The position numbers and the translations under genes are program-made. From the NCBI GenBank assembly GCA_965649765.1, contig OZ287753.1, forward strand, positions 16,678,001 through 16,742,000: 64,000 bases of DNA, read 5' to 3'. Positions 61,201 through 64,000 of the stretch are shown one piece after another (positions within the stretch are counted from its first letter, which is position 1; the number at the start of each line of letters is the position of its first letter). The notes under the pieces were generated by a model. That model saw only the letters and a list, made by a program, of their open reading frames with translations, did no database searches and was not told the DNA's origin. The stretch comes from Bispira polyomma. Taxonomy: Eukaryota.

Positions 61201-62298
61201 AAATATTAAATCCACTGAACTTCTCAACAGAAATTCCACTTGTACATTATGTCTATATAAATAACTACTGTAACCTCTCTTAATAATTTCTGCAGCTGGT
61301 ATGTAATTGGTGGATCTGGGCACTGCTCTTGATCCAGGAATGTCCACTCCACTGTACCATTGTCACCCACACTACAGCGTCGTCTGACCTTGACCTTTGA
61401 GAACTGTGTCCATGAGCAGGTCTGCTGCAGCTCAAATCCGACCTGTATCTTAGGCCACTGTAGGGTGCCCTTCATTGGGTTGACTGTCACATGATGGTGA
61501 CACAGGTCTGGAATGGAAACATTGAACCTTGTGTATTTGGTGAGATATGGGCCAGTTTCATGAAAGAAAACTTAAGTGCACCTAAGATTCGAATTTAGGG
61601 AAGGTTTTCACTTAAGAGACCATGGCACAAGCGATTGGGCTAGATAACCAACAAAAACATTACACCAAGTAAAGGAAGGTTTTTTATGTTATTATTATTT
61701 TGAGTGAATAAGTCAGATTAAAAAGATCCAGTCCATTCAGAACTATCTATGCAGGGTGACTTTTTGCGTGGGCAGTTGCACCGATATCTATACCTCAAAA
61801 AACTAGACTGGCTGGAATTTTGTTCAAAATTCACATTACCACATTCAAGGCTGTAGTGACTCAACAGCCCTCCTACATTGCTTCCCTTCTCTCTTTCAGT
61901 AACCTAAAGCGAGGCAATAGATTCTCTGTTTCTGATGTTAAACCCACCACGGGAAGACTGGAAACACTCTTGTTATGGAACAGTGTCGCAGTCAACCTCA
62001 GATCATCAGACACAATTTGTAGGATAAAGCTTAAAACCTATCTTTTTAACATCGACTTCCCAACGTAGTTTTCCTCCTAGGTGGCATTAGTTTTAATGCA
62101 CAGACTCTGCGACTTACCTGTTCTGCACTCATCAGGCATATTTTCATTATTCTCTTTCCTCAGGTGTCTGGCTTCAGGCTGCAGATCATGGACTATATCT
62201 AGCATGATGAGATTGTTTTCTGAATCTTCATTGGCCATAACTATTGACTTAGCACTTACAAAGATGTACAAACAATGTATCATATAATCAGCCATCAT
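49208..62298 (-). CDS. Adhesion GPCR paralog C (tandem duplicate of B), ~797 aa
   Basis: Coding exons in transcript order: 62118-62298, 61275-61507, 60221-60498, 59424-59656, 58868-59181, 58339-58381, 57324-57436 (GPS KWTSEPC..TCRCQHASAY), 56184-56252, 55865-55965, 51641-51775, 51225-51352, 50794-50905, 50377-50513, 50000-50142, 49208-49381. GT-AG introns; total 2394 nt; 12 of 15 exon lengths identical to gene B. Confidence 0.92.
49587..49815 (-). mobile_element. 5'-truncated tRNA-derived SINE (copy 3)
   Basis: Same body as copies 1 and 2 but lacks box A; TSD AATTTCAG at 49579-49586 and 49816-49823. Confidence 0.85.
50505..50640. repeat. 44-bp tandem repeat containing the TM5-exon splice acceptor (3 copies in C; 2 in B at ~32197-32280)
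   Basis: Minus-strand unit GTGTCAGCATATCTTAAGTTCCATACGTTCCTACCTATATGCAG. Confidence 0.8.
52490..55759 (+). mobile_element. Full-length but dead hAT (ZBED1/Ac-like) DNA transposon in the gene C TM1-TM2 intron
   Basis: TIRs TAGTGCCGTAA and TTACAGCACTA. Degenerate 8-bp TSD ATGTTTAA / ATGTTCAG. BED finger KSSVWKVFGF..VVC.LCK (~52927-53030), IAITHDMW, VTDNANN, DFSTRWNSMLDM, and dimerisation domain DPLIWWNKRKLFYPLLSKVAKKYL. Confidence 0.9.
54675..54830 (-). mobile_element. Short retroposed 3' end with (ATTAG)n tail nested in the hAT
   Basis: (CTAAT)n run, then L2-like tail revcomp GCGCCTTAGAA..AAGCGCTATAAAAG; CCAAT on both sides is a possible TSD. Confidence 0.5.
56520..57040 (+). mobile_element. 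L2 LINE 3' end fragment
   Basis: Peptides HITPVLRTIRWLPIEYRAIFK and FSYDAPKLWNDL; tail GCGCTATAAAAG..(ATT)n. Shorter related 3' fragments at ~23560-23720, ~57770-58150, ~59830-60020 and ~61730-62070. Confidence 0.75.
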
Positions 62299-63029
62299 GT
62301 TGTGACAGTTCTATATAATCTAGTCATGTGACCTACATATTTTTATTTTATCCAGATATATTTTTATGTCACAATACCTTAAAATGTCTTCTGTGATTCT
62401 TATATTTTGTCCCATGTGATGTACATATCATACAAATTCTTTTCCAAAGTGCTAATATTGCATTATTGCACAAGACAATGTTATATATCCCAATTCCAAC
62501 TAAGGCGATGTTTTGGGTTACTGTATGTGTGAGCATTTAGCCAGCAGAAAGTTCACACTGGAATTACTTTTCACAATTGGCTATTATGTACTAATTTTTT
62601 CAACACAAGGTAAAACGTTTACTTAGAACTAATTGTCACGATCAAACTCAAAAGCAAAAATAGCTAAAATTAATTTGTACTAAATCAGATACAGTATTCA
62701 ATTCACCTCTATCACTTTTAACAAGTAGCACCATCCACAACTTGCAGAATTATTCAATACTAATAAATTTATCCCAATAGGGATGGGTTCCCATCCACCA
62801 TTGTCTCTGTACCAACACGGAGCTAGGAGAAAAGCTCTTCATAACCTCTTATATAGATGGATAATCACTGGCATCATGAACAAACAAAGCTACCCCAGTC
62901 AATTACTGAGGGAGTATCTATCATTCTCAAGGACTCGGCATTTTTTATGTGTAAGCTACCAACCTCAGACATGACATACAAGGTACTATAAATATATAAC
63001 TATCTGAGTTATTTCTTCTTTTCCCATCT

Positions 63030-63380
63030 GGTTTTTACCTGAAGCAACTTTGATAACATCTGACATCTGACAATATGTGTGGTAGCGTATTGTTCAAACA
63101 GATTTCAAGGTCAACCCAGACTTAAGCTCGACTCACAAACACCAGCATTGTCGAAGTGAATTGCTGGATGGGGCATTATGTTTTATTACTCTTATAAAGG
63201 TTACCAGTAATAAATAATCAACTACACCCAATGTAGTCATTCTTGCAGAGAGATACTTTTAAGTTTTACTGTTCTAACATATATAATTCATTTTCTGTGG
63301 GTAATAGACTATATTATGAAAAGTACATATTGGAACTATATTGTTTATTCCCAGATTTCCATACGGTTTGCACAATGACG
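63030..63380 (-). promoter_or_regulatory. Probable 5'UTR exon and core promoter of gene C
   Basis: Donor CTTCAG|GTAAAA at ~63039; collinear similarity to the gene B upstream block 42640-42990. Confidence 0.45.
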
Positions 63381-64000
63381 ATGTGTCCTTGTAACATAAG
63401 GACACTATCCTAATTTACACTGGCAGCACTGATGTTCTCGGTTTTATCTATTGCAATTAATTTGATTGCACCCTGTCCACTATAAAATGGTGGAAGGAAA
63501 TAGCAAATGAGCTGTTATGTACCATATGTGGTTAATCGCCCTATTACCCTAAGGGATAGGGAATATTCCCTTGAAGAATGGATGATGGCTGATTACATCA
63601 AATAACTGGTCTACATGACTAGATATGCTACTCAGATGCAAACTGAACTGCAAGGTTTTCACCAATATTTTGCAAAATTTGACACTTTTACTGCTCGGAA
63701 CTTTTGTAAGTGTAAAAGCCTGGTTCCATTAGGCTTAAATCCATGAGCATACATTGCAGCAGGTTTGTGGCTTTTCATCCACGTATAGATATGACCCATC
63801 ACCTCCCAAAAATCCACCACCTCCCTAGTCGAACTGTCACAAAGTGAAGGCATGTTTTAAACTAACATGTTACATACCTGCCACAAAAGTGACACATACC
63901 TCAACTAGTACCCACTAATGAGAAAATAATACATAACGAACAAAAAGAAATTCCCACTAATGCATTTTGGATAAGTTCAAGACTTTAGTGACAGCGCGAC

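Overview
AT-rich, intron-rich genomic DNA from an animal (invertebrate-like repeat content; the taxon cannot be named from sequence). The core is a cluster of three apparently intact adhesion-class (family B2) GPCR paralogs, which I reconstructed by hand exon by exon with consistent splice phases. Gene A is on + (7822-25599, 16 coding exons, ~844 aa). Genes B (-, 41832-31319, 15 exons, ~802 aa) and C (-, 62298-49208, 15 exons, ~797 aa) form a tandem pair converging on A. Each has a signal peptide, a hormone-receptor motif (HRM), a divergent GAIN domain and a 7TM region, and no adhesion modules. All three depart from the canonical tethered-agonist design: the GPS triad differs per paralog (D-H-R, H-A-L, H-A-S), a Pro-rich spacer exon separates the Stachel position from TM1, and the ECL2 CW motif is CQ. 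An inverted pseudo-copy of the gene B GPS region lies upstream of B. Several tandem repeats are built from splice-site sequence. The rest is a dense mobile-element fossil record: two DIRS/Ngaro-type retrotransposons, L2/CR1 LINE fragments (one with a broken 2A-like motif), tRNA-derived SINEs, a Helentron-type element carrying a ~147-bp satellite, and hAT, MULE, Harbinger, Kolobok-type and Tc1/pogo-type elements. I found no CRISPR array, rRNA or genuine tRNA gene.
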